Positions 1 through 13,500 of a stretch of 64,000 nucleotides of DNA are shown here, piece by piece (the stretch's first letter is position 1; each line of letters opens with the position of its first letter). The DNA comes from the human T2T-CHM13v2.0 reference genome, Homo sapiens. The notes beneath the pieces were generated by a model. That model saw only the letters and a program-made list of their open reading frames with translations. It had not been told where the DNA came from and did no database searches. A program made the position numbers and the translations under genes. The stretch lies in NCBI GenBank assembly GCA_009914755.4, contig CP068257.2:12096001-12160000 (forward strand), written 5' to 3'.

Positions 1-1516
1 TTGGGAATTTATTGATTTATATATATATTAAAGAAAAAGTAAAAATAATGGATTTTCTCTTTTCTTCTTAAAAGGAAATATCTTTCTGCTCATTTAGAGG
101 TGCAAAGGAAAACATTTAGAACTTTCCAGATGAATAAATTGCATTTCATCTGAATGAACATCTAACTTTGGAGATGGAGAGAACATTCTTTTGTATTGTT
201 GTAGATATGCCTAGTATAATATTGGTATAATTAATTTTTCAGCTACAATGCAGATTCCTGGGTCAGTGCAAAAGACCTTGTTTATTTAGAAGTGATTATC
301 TGAGAAAGTGGCTCATTAGTCTTAGATTCTTGGAATGCACAGTCTGGTCTAGAGATTAAAATAGCTATTTAAATTCCCTTTATGAAAATTGTGCCTGACA
401 GGGCACTTCCATGTGCAGTGAGGTTTGTATTTGCACATCTAGAGCATCCAGGAAATCAGCAAAGGTGGGTTTTGTGTCTTTAGATATGCTACAGTTGATA
501 AACCCTAAGATTCAGATATTAACTATTGGATAAGCTCTTGCATTTCCCATAACTTTAGCTTTGAAGCCATTCATTACCTTAATACTAAGGAAAGAATGTC
601 AGAAAATCCAAAGAGAGAGAATTCTCAGTTATGATTTTTGGACATATAATTGGAAAGAAGTCAGATTTGGCTTTTACAATTAGTGCCATATAATGTCACA
701 CAAAGTATTTCCTGCAGTGTGCTCAAAGAGGTCAATTTGTGATTTATTTGCAAGTCATAGTTCTGAAATTACTGACTTGTGTGTGTAACAATTTAGCTTT
801 AACTTGGGCACTTAATTTAGCATTAAATATAGCTCCTCTTCAATATTGACCCTTGCCCTGAACAAGATGTCATTTCATAAACCCAGTTAAACATGGTGCC
901 TACTGTGGTTTAAATACCAAGACAGATTAAATGTATTGTCCAGTTTCACAGATCAGCAATGCTTCTCTTCCTGTATCACTAGCTCATGATAATAACATAA
1001 GGGACCAGTCTGTGCCAGTGGATGGGCCAGAATTAAAAGAAGATAAATATTGATGTCCTGCCTGAAAGAAAACTGGGCACCCAAGGTGTCAGAGAGTTGT
1101 CTGATATACTGTGACATGAATGTCCCATATATATAAATTGCAGCCTTTTTAAAATAAGGTAGAATTGTTTGTGGAAGATTAAAAACTCTCTTTCTAAATT
1201 GTTGAATTAAAATATTTAGTTAAATAAATCACTGCTATTTTCATCAATGTTGGAGTTGTTTCTTCAAGTTTGTGTGTTTTCTCAATTAGAAAAAAAGTCT
1301 AATTTGTTTAAATAGTGAGAAGTCAACATTGAACTGTTGTCTACTCAATAGCCACAATTCCTTATTTCTTGTTCACAATGAATAAGAAATTTGTATTGTT
1401 GCAACAAGTTCACAGACAATGGATTCCTCTCTCAATCTGAGAGGATGAGCCATGGTTGATCTAGGCCATGAATATTGTGGTAGATTGTATTGTGTGTTCC
1501 TAATTCTTTGTTCTCT

Positions 1517-1817
1517 GGCCAGGTGCAGTGTCTCACGCCTGTAATCCTAGCACTTCAGGAAACTGAGGCAGGCAGATTGCCAGAGCTCAGGAGTTCGATA
1601 CCGGCCTGGGCAACATGGCAAAACCCCTCTCTACTAAAAATACAAAAAATTAGCTGGGTATGCTGGTGTGCACCTGTAATCCCAGCTACTTGGGAGCCTG
1701 AGGTGTGAGAATCACTTGAACCCAGAAGGCGAAGAATGCAGTGAGCCAAGATTGTGCCACTGCACTCCAGCCTGGATGACAGAGCGAGACTCTGTCTGAG
1801 AAAAAAATAATTAAAAC
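1517..1817 (+). mobile_element. Alu SINE, full-length dimer, sense
   Basis: Starts GGCCAGGTGCAGTG..CCTGTAATCC, has the A-rich middle linker, ends ..GAGCGAGACTCTGTCTGAG plus an A-rich tail. Confidence 0.9.
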
Positions 1818-2812
1818 AGATGATTCTTGTTCCCTCCCCATCCTTACCTTTTTTTTAATGAGGAAAGAATATTTCCCAGTATCACTGACTTTGGGCTTGG
1901 CTATGTGACTGCTCTACCCAATAGAATTTGGTAGGTTAATAGTAATAGAAGTAACTAAGCAGAACTTTAAAGAAGTTTCTCCTCTTCAACTCTTGCTTAT
2001 AAAGCATTATAAAAATCAATATATATAAAGCATTATAAAAATCAAATGCTCTAAGTAGTCTGTGTCCTTCAACATGGGTCCAGGAATGAGAGACACCTGG
2101 AGCACACCTGACTCTCATCTGTAGTCTAAGGTAGAACTGCGGCAACCAATTCGCAAAATTCATGAGCAAGGAGTAAATGCTTGCTGTTATCGGTCAGTAA
2201 CTTCTTGTCATGTTTCTTAAGCATTATTGGAGCAAAAGCAAACTAATACAAACGTTAGTGTAATTCCTTTGCTTGTGATTGATTTAGAGATGAATATTTG
2301 TCCTGTTTCCAGGTAATACAATGTATTTAGGAAGAATGCCAAAGGAGGGAGCTTATTAGTAGGATTTTGACCTCTAATGAAAATGATGGCCAAATATATG
2401 AAATTTTTTCTTTCTTTGGTTTTTATTGTTTAAAGACATAATTATTTAAGTTGTGTTAGTTGTGTGTGATCTTATAACTGTGAGGAATTACATAGAATGA
2501 AAATGGAATGTGCTGTGGTGGCAGAACAGAAAGAAGTTGGGTGATTGACATTGTTGAGCTCTGCAGGAAATCTGTTAGTCTCCATTTCCGGAGGTCTTGC
2601 TATGTAGAAAAATTGGATGACTTTATTGCTTAAGTCACTATAAGAATGTTTTCTGTTACCTGCAACCCAATGCACCCAACTAATAAAGTATGTTTCTAGA
2701 AATACACTTGCCTGCACTCATTTTTAAGACACACAGACCACATACACATGGAGAGATATTTTTAAAGGTCTTGTACTACATAAATTGTACTATTTTTTAA
2801 TTTAAAAATATG

Positions 2813-3113
<301 letters not shown>

Positions 3114-3735
3114 GATAATGTGATTTTTTTATATTATAGCACATGTACAAGACTGAAATCTGTCTCATTTTTTAAAGTAACTGCCTAGTACTTTATGCAT
3201 GAACATCCTTTGCCTTCAAATTGAATTTGAGGATCAACCTCAGCTATTTTCATAAAATAAATTTAAAAATATATAAAAAGATGAAAAATATGAGGGAAAC
3301 ATTAAGTGAAATGGAATTTGAATTCATAAGTTGTGATATCCATCTAAATGAGTCACCAAGAGTTAAAAGATGAAAAATGAAAACAAATACTCACGGAAAT
3401 AATAGAAGAAAACTTTAAAAGGTAGAGAATAAACACATGCTGTAATGTCACTACCCACTCAGTGTTAAGTTAAATGGATTTGTTGAGAAGACTCCAAAAG
3501 CAGTTATAAATGTCGAGTATGTGTGTGCACATGTGTGTGTATATGTGTGCAACCCTATATAAAATATTTTAAAATCACTTTTATTGAAATATTGCATATG
3601 TACATCTAAGAACGAATTTTAAGCTTGATGAATTTTTACATTGTTGACACAGCCATTTAACTATCAGCTAAGAGAAGAAATAAAACATAACCAGCAACTC
3701 TCACCTCATTTTATATTCACTATCAATCCTTACTC

Positions 3736-4029
3736 TTTTTTTAATTTGAGACAGAGTCTCATTCTGTTGCTCAGGCTGGAGTGCAGTTGCATGATCTCAG
3801 CTCACTGCAACCTCTACACCCTGGGTTCAAGCAATTCTCATGCCTCAGCCTCCCAAGTAGCTAGGTTACAGGCACTCACCACCATGCCCAGCTAATTTTT
3901 GTAATTTTAGTAGAGACAGGGTTTTGCCATGTTGGCCAGGCTGGCCTTGAACTCCTGGCCTCAAGCAGTTTGCCCACCTCAGCCTCCTAAAGTGCTGGGA
4001 TTACAGGAATGAGTTACTGTGCCTGGCCC
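3736..4029 (-). mobile_element. Alu SINE, antisense
   Basis: Poly-T then GAGACAGAGTCTCATTCTGTTGCTCAGGCTGGAGTGCAG ... GGATTACAGGAATGAGTTACTGTGCCTGGCC. Flanked by CTCTTTTTTAAT direct repeats. Confidence 0.9.
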
Positions 4030-4136
4030 ATTCCTCTTTTTTAATACCCCAAAGGCAACTGATATCCTAATTTCTCACACAAGGGATTGGTTTTGCCTGG
4101 GTGTTGAACTTTATATAAAGGGACTATCAGTACATT

Positions 4137-4330
4137 ATTTGCCATATTGATCTACGTTATTTTATGTAACAATAATGCATATTTATTCATTGTTCCATAG
4201 TATTCCATGTAGAAATAGATCACAATTTATTTGCTATTTCTTCTCTTAATAGATATATTTGGGTTGGCTTCTGTTATTGTTATGAATACGATGCTTTAAA
4301 TATTCTTTTTCTAGTAAAAATATGTGCAGA
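4137..4330. mobile_element. Possible old L1 (L1M-like) internal fragment
   Basis: Resembles the conserved L1 segment ..ttccatagtattccatgtagaaatagatcacaatttatttgctatttcttctc..atatttgggttggcttctgttattgttatgaatac.. Judged by eye only. Confidence 0.3.
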
Positions 4331-7202
4331 TTTATAGCTGAACAGAAAAAGCTTTGTCTTTTAACCTGGATATCTGGATTTTTTACTCTTGGTGAAAATA
4401 ACTGCAATGACATTTATCATGTATGATTTAAAGTCAGGAAATGCCTCCTGGTAACCTACAGGGTCAGTTTTTCACTGATGGGTTACAACTGGCCTAATTG
4501 GTTTGACAAACCTAGCTTGATTACATGGACAAGGAGACATAAAAGGCTTGTGGAGAATTTCTCCTCGAAGCCCTCCTGAAAGCATGATTCCTAGCACAGA
4601 ATCTTGGTGGTTGACACTGGAGACAGAATGCACACTCTGTGTCTGTGAATACTTGGAGCCCTGGGTAGCTTTCAACATGGGATGTCTTTCAGACTCCCAG
4701 TCCATGCCCGCACTCTCTTTCACTTGCTGCACCATATCCTTTGCCTTTAAATAAAAGCCCCATGTAAATATGTTCTATGGAATGTGGTGGTTCCTTTCAA
4801 ACATCCAAACAGGAAGCTTTTCAGTATGTATACATTTCTATTGATAATACACCTAAGAATGAATTTGCTATTTGCCAGTTCATAAAAGTATATATATTTA
4901 TATATTGAGCTTTAGACAAAATTTTCAAGTAAAATACAAAAAGAAATTTCTTGAACCATTAGAGAATAAGTTACTGACCTGATTTCCAGTTACCACCAAA
5001 TATTTTGGGGTTTATTCCTTACAAACAGGTTTCTCCTACATGTTCACAACACAACTGTCAGCATTGGTTGTATTCCCACTAATACCCTGTTACTGTCTAA
5101 TCCTCAGACCCCATTCAAGACCCTGGCACTCTACATTAAGCTACCCCTGTGTGTAGTTACCTTCTTCACTCTACTCTGACTCCAACACCTCATGCTTGGC
5201 CACCGTCATTCTTGGATGCCATCCCTGGGCTCTGATCTACTCCCTAGATTATCATCCATTTCACATAGACACTCTTCTCATCCTTCCTGGGTTAAACCCA
5301 CATGGGTGCTCACCCCACTCTGCTCAGTGAGGCTCTGACACTCCAACCTTGCTGTATCACTGTGGTGATGCCCTTTTCATCTTGCTTGGGTTCTGCCACC
5401 ACTTCTGTGTGGACTCCTTCTCCTGTTCTTTGGCTTTGATACCTGGCACCTTGGAGCCCTCCTATACAGATGCCCCTTTCAGTCTATTTACACCAGAAAA
5501 TCCCACAGTGACTTGACTCTTCTACATGCAAATCCTTTTTATCCCATTCTGTGCCACTGCCTTACATGGGTGTTCTCTTCCCACTAGCCTGAGGGGTTTA
5601 GACACCAGGTGATGGATAATACTTCTGTCTGGATGCTCCCTCACCTTGTTTTGATTCTGACACCCCACGTGGGTCACCTACATGCATTGAAGCCCTTACT
5701 CAGTTGTGGCTTCAATCCAAATGAGGCAGCCTTCCTCTGTAGAAGGAGGAATTAACCATTTTTCCCTATTCTAAAAATTAATCATTTCCCCAAAGAGCAC
5801 GGGTTTCTTTCATGGAGAAATAGTGTTTGGATACAAAGGTCTAGAGGCTAGGTGTTCTACTAGGGTGTCATTTCTTCTAGATTCTTTCACTTCACAAAGC
5901 TAAGAAATACATATGCATATACCAAGCAAAACACACCATAAGGGTAAAATGATGACTTTTTTGAGGTTGGAGGTCACTATCTCTCCATCCTGTCTTCCTT
6001 AGAGTATTTCCTTGAAATCTTAATAGGTCCAAATAACAGGTTTATGCTTTTGATTTTGCAGTGGAAGAATGGGGACTTTCTGACCCTTGGAAGTGTAAAC
6101 AAATGCCTCCAAAACTTACTTGGGAGTTTTTCACAAGAGGACTATCTTAGGATGTAGCCCTTTGTCTCTTGAGGAGATGAGAAGTTATTCTTACTTCTGC
6201 TTTGCTAAATAAATTATGTGAAAGTCTGCCTAGACATTTTAGTCACTTTTGTAGTACCTACGTGCATAGAAATCTGACCATGTTCATGTAGTAATAAACT
6301 GTGTTCTCTTTTCTATGTTGGTTCAGAGAGGTCTTTGTTAGTGTTATTTTATTTCCAACAAACACACGGCCTATATTTCTGTATTGTTACTTTCTAGAGA
6401 TGGATGACTTTGGATGGTCAAATATTGATAGAAAGGCACTAGTGAAACATAATTCAGAAAAAACACATTTACAGATTTGGTGACAAGAAATGAAGAAATT
6501 TTTCATGTTAAGCTCCAATTATCTCTGAAAGGTAGAAGGAAAGTCATTAGTTGAGAGTATACATGGCATTGGAGTTGGAAGTTTTGAGAAAAGTGGAGGC
6601 TTACAAAATTAAAATAGTTGTTTCCAATAAGATGAAATAGAACTGATTAAAGAACAAAGGAGACATGATTGCTGAGGAGTCTCTCAGATTAGTTCACGTT
6701 GATCACTGTAGTCTATTGTTTCACAATAACTCATTCCAAATCAAGCTGCATATTGGATTCACCTGGGATCTTTTAAGATATACCGATTTCTGGGTGCCAC
6801 CTGCAGAGATTCTGTTGTAATCACTCAGGAGTCTGACATCAGCATCCAGATTTCAAAAGTTCCCCGAGTGATTCTAAAGCATCCTGAAGATCAAGAACCA
6901 TTGACCCAGATAGAATGTTCATTGCCTTTATTGTTTTCCACAAAAACCTACCCATGTAAAGCATTTGTGAGGATATAAAAGTTTACTGAAAATTAGAAAT
7001 TGAGAGTTGAATTGGCAAACAAATTTAGTCAAATTAAATTCTGAGTTTTAATGCTTTCCTATGGCCAACCCAAGAGTGTGGAACTTTCCTTGGGCCTTCA
7101 CCCCATTGTCTCCAAACTCAAATCATTTCACTAACTCTTCTCCACCTTCCCAGTCTCTGCTTTCTGAATGCCACTTCCTAGTCTACCTGACTCTGGGAAC
7201 TA

Positions 7203-7282
7203 TCGGTTGGAGCAAAAGTAATTGCACTTTTTGCCATTAAAATTGATGTCGAAAACCACAAATTACTTTTGCACCAGCCTAA
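7203..7282. mobile_element. MADE1 mariner-derived MITE (miR-548 family-type 80-bp palindromic hairpin)
   Basis: tcggttggagcaaaagtaattgcactttttgccattaaaattgatgtcgaaaaccacaaattacttttgcaccagcctaa matches the MADE1 palindrome (GCAAAAGTAATTGC..GCAATTACTTTTGC). TA dinucleotide on both flanks, as expected for a mariner TSD. Confidence 0.75.
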
Positions 7283-10200
7283 TAAAACTTGTTACTCCAT
7301 AACTCAGAGTGATTCAGCTCTCACTAACAACCTGGTGTTCTCCATTTTCCTTTAGCCTGGACTATAGCTATTCATCACTTTTGAGAATTTTTAAGAGGCA
7401 ACGTTCTTGCATGTGATCTGGTTTATAGAACCAGGATAAAAGGTCAGTGTTGACTCCAAAGTTTCCCAGGCCCGGGATCTCCTCAGAAATATGTGGCAGA
7501 GACAGACCTGCAGGATAAAGACAAGATATGCAGTCTTTTCTCATTCACTCCATTGATAGCTAGTAACAGCCGACCATATCTCAGTTGAATGAAGTTAAAA
7601 AGATAGATAGACAAATAGATACAGTAGAGTGTAGTCCATATAATGGTTTAGTATACATAGGAAGTACACAAATACAGTAACATCTGGACAAACTAGAGGA
7701 TGGGAGAAGAAGGGAATTGAGAGAGTATTGCAAGAAGTGAAGAACCCAGGGTTTGAGCTAGCCTCCTGAATCCACATGTATAGAGTTGTAGAATTGGAGT
7801 ACTACAAAGGATGTCAGAAATCATCTAATCTAGTCACCCTTTGTTACAGACTAGAAAGTAGAAATCTCATAGCCTAGGAGTTGAACTGAATTGAAGAAAG
7901 TCCCATAACAAGTCAGGGGCAGCGCCAGGATTAAATTGGAATCGGGGTTCATTGATGACTGGCCCAGCGATACTCCCTCAACAGGTAACGAATTTCTAAG
8001 GTTCTATGAGCACAGCTACAGGAGGGATTAGGCCAGCAATAGGGTCGCTGGTGGCAGTAGAGGCCTAAACCTGCATGGCTTACACCTCTGTCTGCAAAGT
8101 GACTGACTCATTCCAGGCCTATCTGTGCACTCTGCAGTACCTCTGCTCAGAAGGTGCCAATGGGGGAAATGCTAGATAGATAATTTGGCTTGAGCATAGA
8201 GTGTGAGGGAAGGACACATACTGAAAATAGGAAGGAGAATGAGAAACCTGAATCAAGAACCAGCCTAACAAATATTAGGCCTTTGAATTATAAAGCAGGC
8301 ATATTGTATGGCTTTAGAAAATTACAAGATCATAAAGATGAGCAAATAAGACTAGAAAATTATGACTTTGGGACCTTGTGTCTGAAGTAAATGGAGAGGC
8401 ACTTTGGGGAGTGGCAGGCAATGAAAACACATCTACCACCTGAGATGACTCACAGAAATTCAAAACAGCCTCTTTTTTTTAAGTCCAATTCAAATATAGT
8501 CAAGTGAGGGAGGGTACATCATTTATTCTCAACTCACTGTGTTTAGTTTCTTAAAAGATGGCCGAATTGTAAAAAAAGCTTTTGAATGGGGCAGTTCTAG
8601 TGTCAGTTGTTCTCTCTTTTCCTTTTTTACTTACCCACTACTATAAACTACCATAGATACATTCTTTACATTCAGTTAGTTAGTTTTACGTTTCCCAATT
8701 TCCACATTTGTAATTATAGCCTAGGAAGCTTCTTTGCTTGGAGAAAGATGTTCTTATATTAAAACATAAAACTCTTCTCAAGCATCCACTAGTTCATCCA
8801 GTAAGCAATTTCATCATTACATACCAGAGGTCAGTATTGCACTATTAATTTACATGAGTGATTAATTTTTACTTTCCCAGTAATAAAGATGAGAAACAAA
8901 ATACCAAAGATTATTACTATATTAGAGCTTTGGTGTTAGTTCCTTAAGCAAGTATCATCTGTGCAGGCATGCACAGATCATGAATGGCTTAACAAAAATA
9001 CGAAAGAAAAAGAAAAAAGCCATCACAATGAAGGTGGCCTTTGTTCTTTAGGAAGACATTCATAACTCATTCCAGGCATATTAATTATGCAACTTTTACA
9101 CAAAAGTTACTTTATATTGAGAAATGTTCACAACTAGCAGTATTAACAGACATGCTGGCAGTGAATTAAAAAGATAACAATAGTTTTTAAAGCCTCATTC
9201 AAATCTGCATATCTACAATAGTGTATCAATTTGGGATGGCCAAAGTTATAGATAATTTGGATAAATAAAATAGGGGCTCAGCAGTAAAATAATGACTGTA
9301 TCTCCAGAAGCTTTAAGATTAATGAAAAGAAGAAAAGACTAAAGGCAGATCAAGCTGTCATGCTGACTACAGACATAGTAAAGGCTTTCCACAGAAAGAG
9401 AAAATAGATTAGTCTTGTTTTACTCTGGTCAACAAAGGGTAGAATTATAGAAATGGAGATTGCAGCTGCATATAGATAGAATTGTTAAGACTCATAGCTA
9501 TTCCAACATCTTTGCCTAGGGGGCCATAGGGAGTGCCAACATCGAGTATCAGAACAAACTAGATGAATGCCAAAATCTCTTATACTCTAAGGTTATATGA
9601 GAAAGTGATTTTGATGCCAAAGAGTAAATATTCCACAAATTCCAAACCTCCTTCCAGGCATATATATTCGAGTAGCACCTTCTTTAAGAAGTCTCCCTTA
9701 ATCTGAGAACACAGTTTGCTTGTGTTTCTAATACTTTGACCATACATTGTCTTTTGTCATCTTTTGACCATATTGTACATTTATGTATTATTTAGCTTTG
9801 TGTTGTTATGTCTTATCTAAAACCAAGATTCTTCTTTTAGGAATACATGTTATTTTATCCTCTATGACACCTAGCACAATACAATGAAGTTAGTAGATAC
9901 TCAGATAATATCTGTAGTCTGAACCTATTTCCTTATCTAAACAGTAAGGAATAAGAACACCCACTTTACCTGCCTCACTGAGCTGTTTTGAAGATCAGAT
10001 GAAATAATGTGCCTGAAAGCACTTTGAAAAGTATAGAATGTTATACAAATGTAAGGCATTCTAATTTCAGAGGGAGGTTTTTCTCAGTTACAACCTCCAT
10101 GTCAGCTCGAATAAAGGAACATTTTTTAAAACTTAATCTGAAAAGAAACTTGTCCCTTCTAGGCACAAATTATAAAACTCCCCAAAAAATGTTTGTATAT

Positions 10201-10510
10201 ATTTTTGTTTGTTTGTTCCTAAATAGTATAATGAGCTATGGTCTTTCAGGGAAAATGTTGCTCTGATACTAGTTCACAATGTAGAAAATTGCCCTTATGT
10301 ACTTTCAGGAAAGAATTGCAAACAAATGAGCTATTTTCTTTTCTCAAGTAAAGTGACTTCCCAAGCATGGGTGGCAGCTGTTCAAGTCCATCTGGTCAAG
10401 AATTCACTAAGATCATAATGTGAAAGTTGCTCAAGTGCAGATTTGCACGACAGCCTGCAAATGTTCCTTTGGAGACGAAATGGTTTCTCAGGTCAATGAT
10501 CTGCATATTT

Positions 10511-10521
10511 AAAAGTCTCTA
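10511..10521. repeat. Target-site duplication (5' copy) of the FEM1A retrocopy: AAAAGTCTCTA
   Basis: The identical 11-mer recurs at 14346-14356, immediately after the poly-A tail. It is a TT|AAAA-type L1 endonuclease site. Confidence 0.8.
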
Positions 10522-13500
10522 GGACACCCTAAGATGGCGGCGAGGGAGACGGTGAAGGTTGGCTCCCGCCTGTCTGGGCTCTGATCCTCTGTCTCCCCCT
10601 CCCCCTGCGGCCGGCTCATGGCCTGGCGGAGGCCCGAACCAAAGACCTCCGCACCGCCGTGTACAACGCCGCCCGTGACGGCAAGGGGGCAGCTGCTCCA
10701 GAAGCTGCTCAGCAGCCGGAGCCGGGAGGAACTGGACGAGCTGACTGGCTAGGTGGCCGGCGGGGGGACGCCGCTGCTCATCGCCGCCTGCTACGGCCAC
10801 CTGGACGTGGTGGAGTACCTGGTGGACCCGTGCGGCGCGAGCGTGGAGGCCGGTGGCTCGGTGCACTTCGATGGCGAGACCATGGAGGGTGCGCCGCCGC
10901 TGTGGGCGCGGACCACCTGGACGTGGTACGGAGCCTGCTGCGCCGCGGGGCCTCGGTGAACTGCACCACGCGCACCAACTCCACGCCCCTCCGCGCCGCC
11001 TGCTTCGAGGGCCTCCTGGAGGTGGTGCGCTACCTGGTCGGCGAGCACCAGGCCAACCTGGAGGTGGCCAACCGGCACGGCCACATGTGCCTCATGATCT
11101 CGTGCTACAAGGGCCACCGTGAGATCGCCCGCTACCTGCTGGAGCAGGGCGCCCAGGTGAACTGGCGCAGCGCCAAGGGCAACACGGCCCTGCACAACTG
11201 TGCCGAGACCAGCAGCCTGGAGATCCTGCAGCTGCTGCTGGGGTGCAAGGCCAGCATGGAACGTGATAGCTACGGCATGACCCCGTTGCTCCCGGCCAGC
11301 GTGACGGGCCACACCAACATCGTGGAGTACCTCATCCAGGAGCAGCCCGGCCAGGAGCAGCTCATAGGGGTAGAGGCTCAGCTTAGGCTGCCCCAAGAAG
11401 GCTCCTCCACCAGCCAGGGGTGTGCGCAGCCTCAGGGGGCTCCGTGCTGCATCTTCTCCCCTGAGGTACTGAACGGGGAATCTTACCAAAGCTGCTGTCC
11501 CACCAGCCGGGAAGCTGCCATGGAAGCCTTGGAATTGCTGGGATCTACCTATGTGGATAAGAAACGAGATCTGCTTGGGGCCCTTAAACACTGGAGGCGG
11601 GCCATGGAGCTGCGTCACCAGGGGGGTGAGTACCTGCCCAAACTGGAGCCCCCACAGCTGGTCCTGGCCTATGACTATTCCAGGGAGGTCAACACCACCG
11701 AGGAGCTGGAGGCGCTGATCACCGACGCCGATGAGATGCGTATGCAGGCCTTGTTGATCCGGGAGCGCATCCTCAGTCCCTCGCACCCCGACACTTCCTA
11801 TTGTATCCGTTACAGGGGCGCAGTGTATGCCGACTCGGGGAATATCGAGTGCTACATCCGCTTGTGGAAGTACGCCCTGGACATGCAACAGAGCAACCTG
11901 GAGCCTCTGACCCCCATGAGCGCCAGCAGCTTCCTCTCCTTCGCCGAACTCTTCTCCTACGTGCTGCAGGACCCGGCTGCCAAAGGCAGCCTGGGCACCC
12001 AGATCGGCTTTGCAGACCTCATGGGGGTCCTCACCAAAAGGGTCCGGGAAGTGGAATGGGCCCTGCAGCTGCTCAGGGAGCCTAGAGACTCGGCCCAGTT
12101 CAACAAGGCGCTGGCCATCATCCTCCACCTGCTCTACCTGCTGGAGAAAGTGGAGTGCACCCCCAGCCAGGAGCACCTGAAGCACCAGACCATCTATCGC
12201 CTGCTCAAGTGCGCACCCAGGGGCAAGAACGGCTTCACGCCTCTGCACATGGCTGTGGACAAGGACACCACAAACGTGGGCCGCTACCCCGTGGGCAGAT
12301 TCCCCTCGTTGCACGTGGTCAAAGTGCTGTTCGACTGCGGGGCCGACCGGGACAGCAGGGATTTTGACAACAACACCCCGCTACACATAGCAGCCCAGAA
12401 CAACTGCCCGGCCATCGTGAATGCCCTGACTGAAGCAGGGGCCCACATGGACGCCACCAACGCCTTCAAGAAGACGGCCTACGAGCTGCTGGAAGAGAAG
12501 CTGCTGGCCAGGGGTACCATGCAGCCCTTCAACTACGTGACGCTGCAGTGCCTTGCAGCCCAGGCCCTGGATAAGAACAAGATCCCTTACAAGGGCTTCA
12601 TCCCGGAAGATCTGGAGGCATTCATCGAACTGCACTGACCTGCCCAGAACATCTGCACCCTCACCTCTCCCCTCTCCTGCTGAGACGGGGGAAATCAGGC
12701 TGGGGTATAGCAGATGCTCGTTCTTGCCTCCTTCAGGCACCAATCAGGAGAAGGGTTCTGCCTCCCATCCCCTTTACCTGAAGACAGGGTCTGAGGTGTT
12801 AGCGAGCCTTTGGTGCTAGAAGCCTTCAGGGTCACATGCCAAGAGGACAGTCTTTCTCCGGGAAGCCCACTGACTCAGAAATTCTGAGTTAGGAAAAGAC
12901 ACAAGACCTTCCCCACATCCTGTCTGCCTGGGTTACGGAGGCCTTTGCCTTGTTACCTAGAGGTGGAGGGACTGAAGCCATTGCGTTCCTTCCTTGCTAG
13001 AAACACAGGAAGAAGTTGAGGACGGTCTGCCTTCCCTTGTCCTTTTACATGGCCAGGTAACTCCAGCTGCTGAATACAGTGTTAGGACTGGGGGCTCCCG
13101 AGATGAGAGTTTGAAAGTCAGGGAATGAAACCACCTCTCATTTCTTCCAGCATGATCACGACCTGCTCCTGTGCCACCATAGTCCCTGGCAGACAGGCAG
13201 GGCTCTGCTCAGGGCAGCCTGCCACTTGCATAGCTTTTGGTTAGTTTGGTGTTCTGTTTATTTAATAAGTGGGCAGGTTGCAAGCATTGCACAGGAATTC
13301 TGAGATTTTACTGCCTTTTTTTTTTTTTTAAAGAAAGTTGTTTGTTGGACTCCGTAAGTGAATTTCAAGCAGTGAGGATTCTGTAGTGCCTGAGATGGCT
13401 GAGGCCACAGGGAGTGAGCTGTATGTGTGAGGAAGTTGGTGAGCGAGATAAAAGTCCATGGTTTCGACCCCTAAAACATGTGTGACTGTACATTTTTATA

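Noticed and set aside
5040-5750. Pyrimidine-rich ~700-bp block with repeated ctcc/cttc motifs, considered as a possible LTR or CpG-poor exon cluster
   Set aside because: It has no ORF, splice-site pattern or terminal repeat structure I could verify by eye. I left it unclassified rather than invent a family.
10791-12314. 507-aa ORF on the minus strand opposite the FEM1A retrocopy
   Set aside because: It is antisense to a GC-rich (about 65-70%) coding sequence. Its product is Ala/Gly/Val/Leu/Gln-rich low complexity, typical of stop-poor antisense frames, and it has no recognisable domain.
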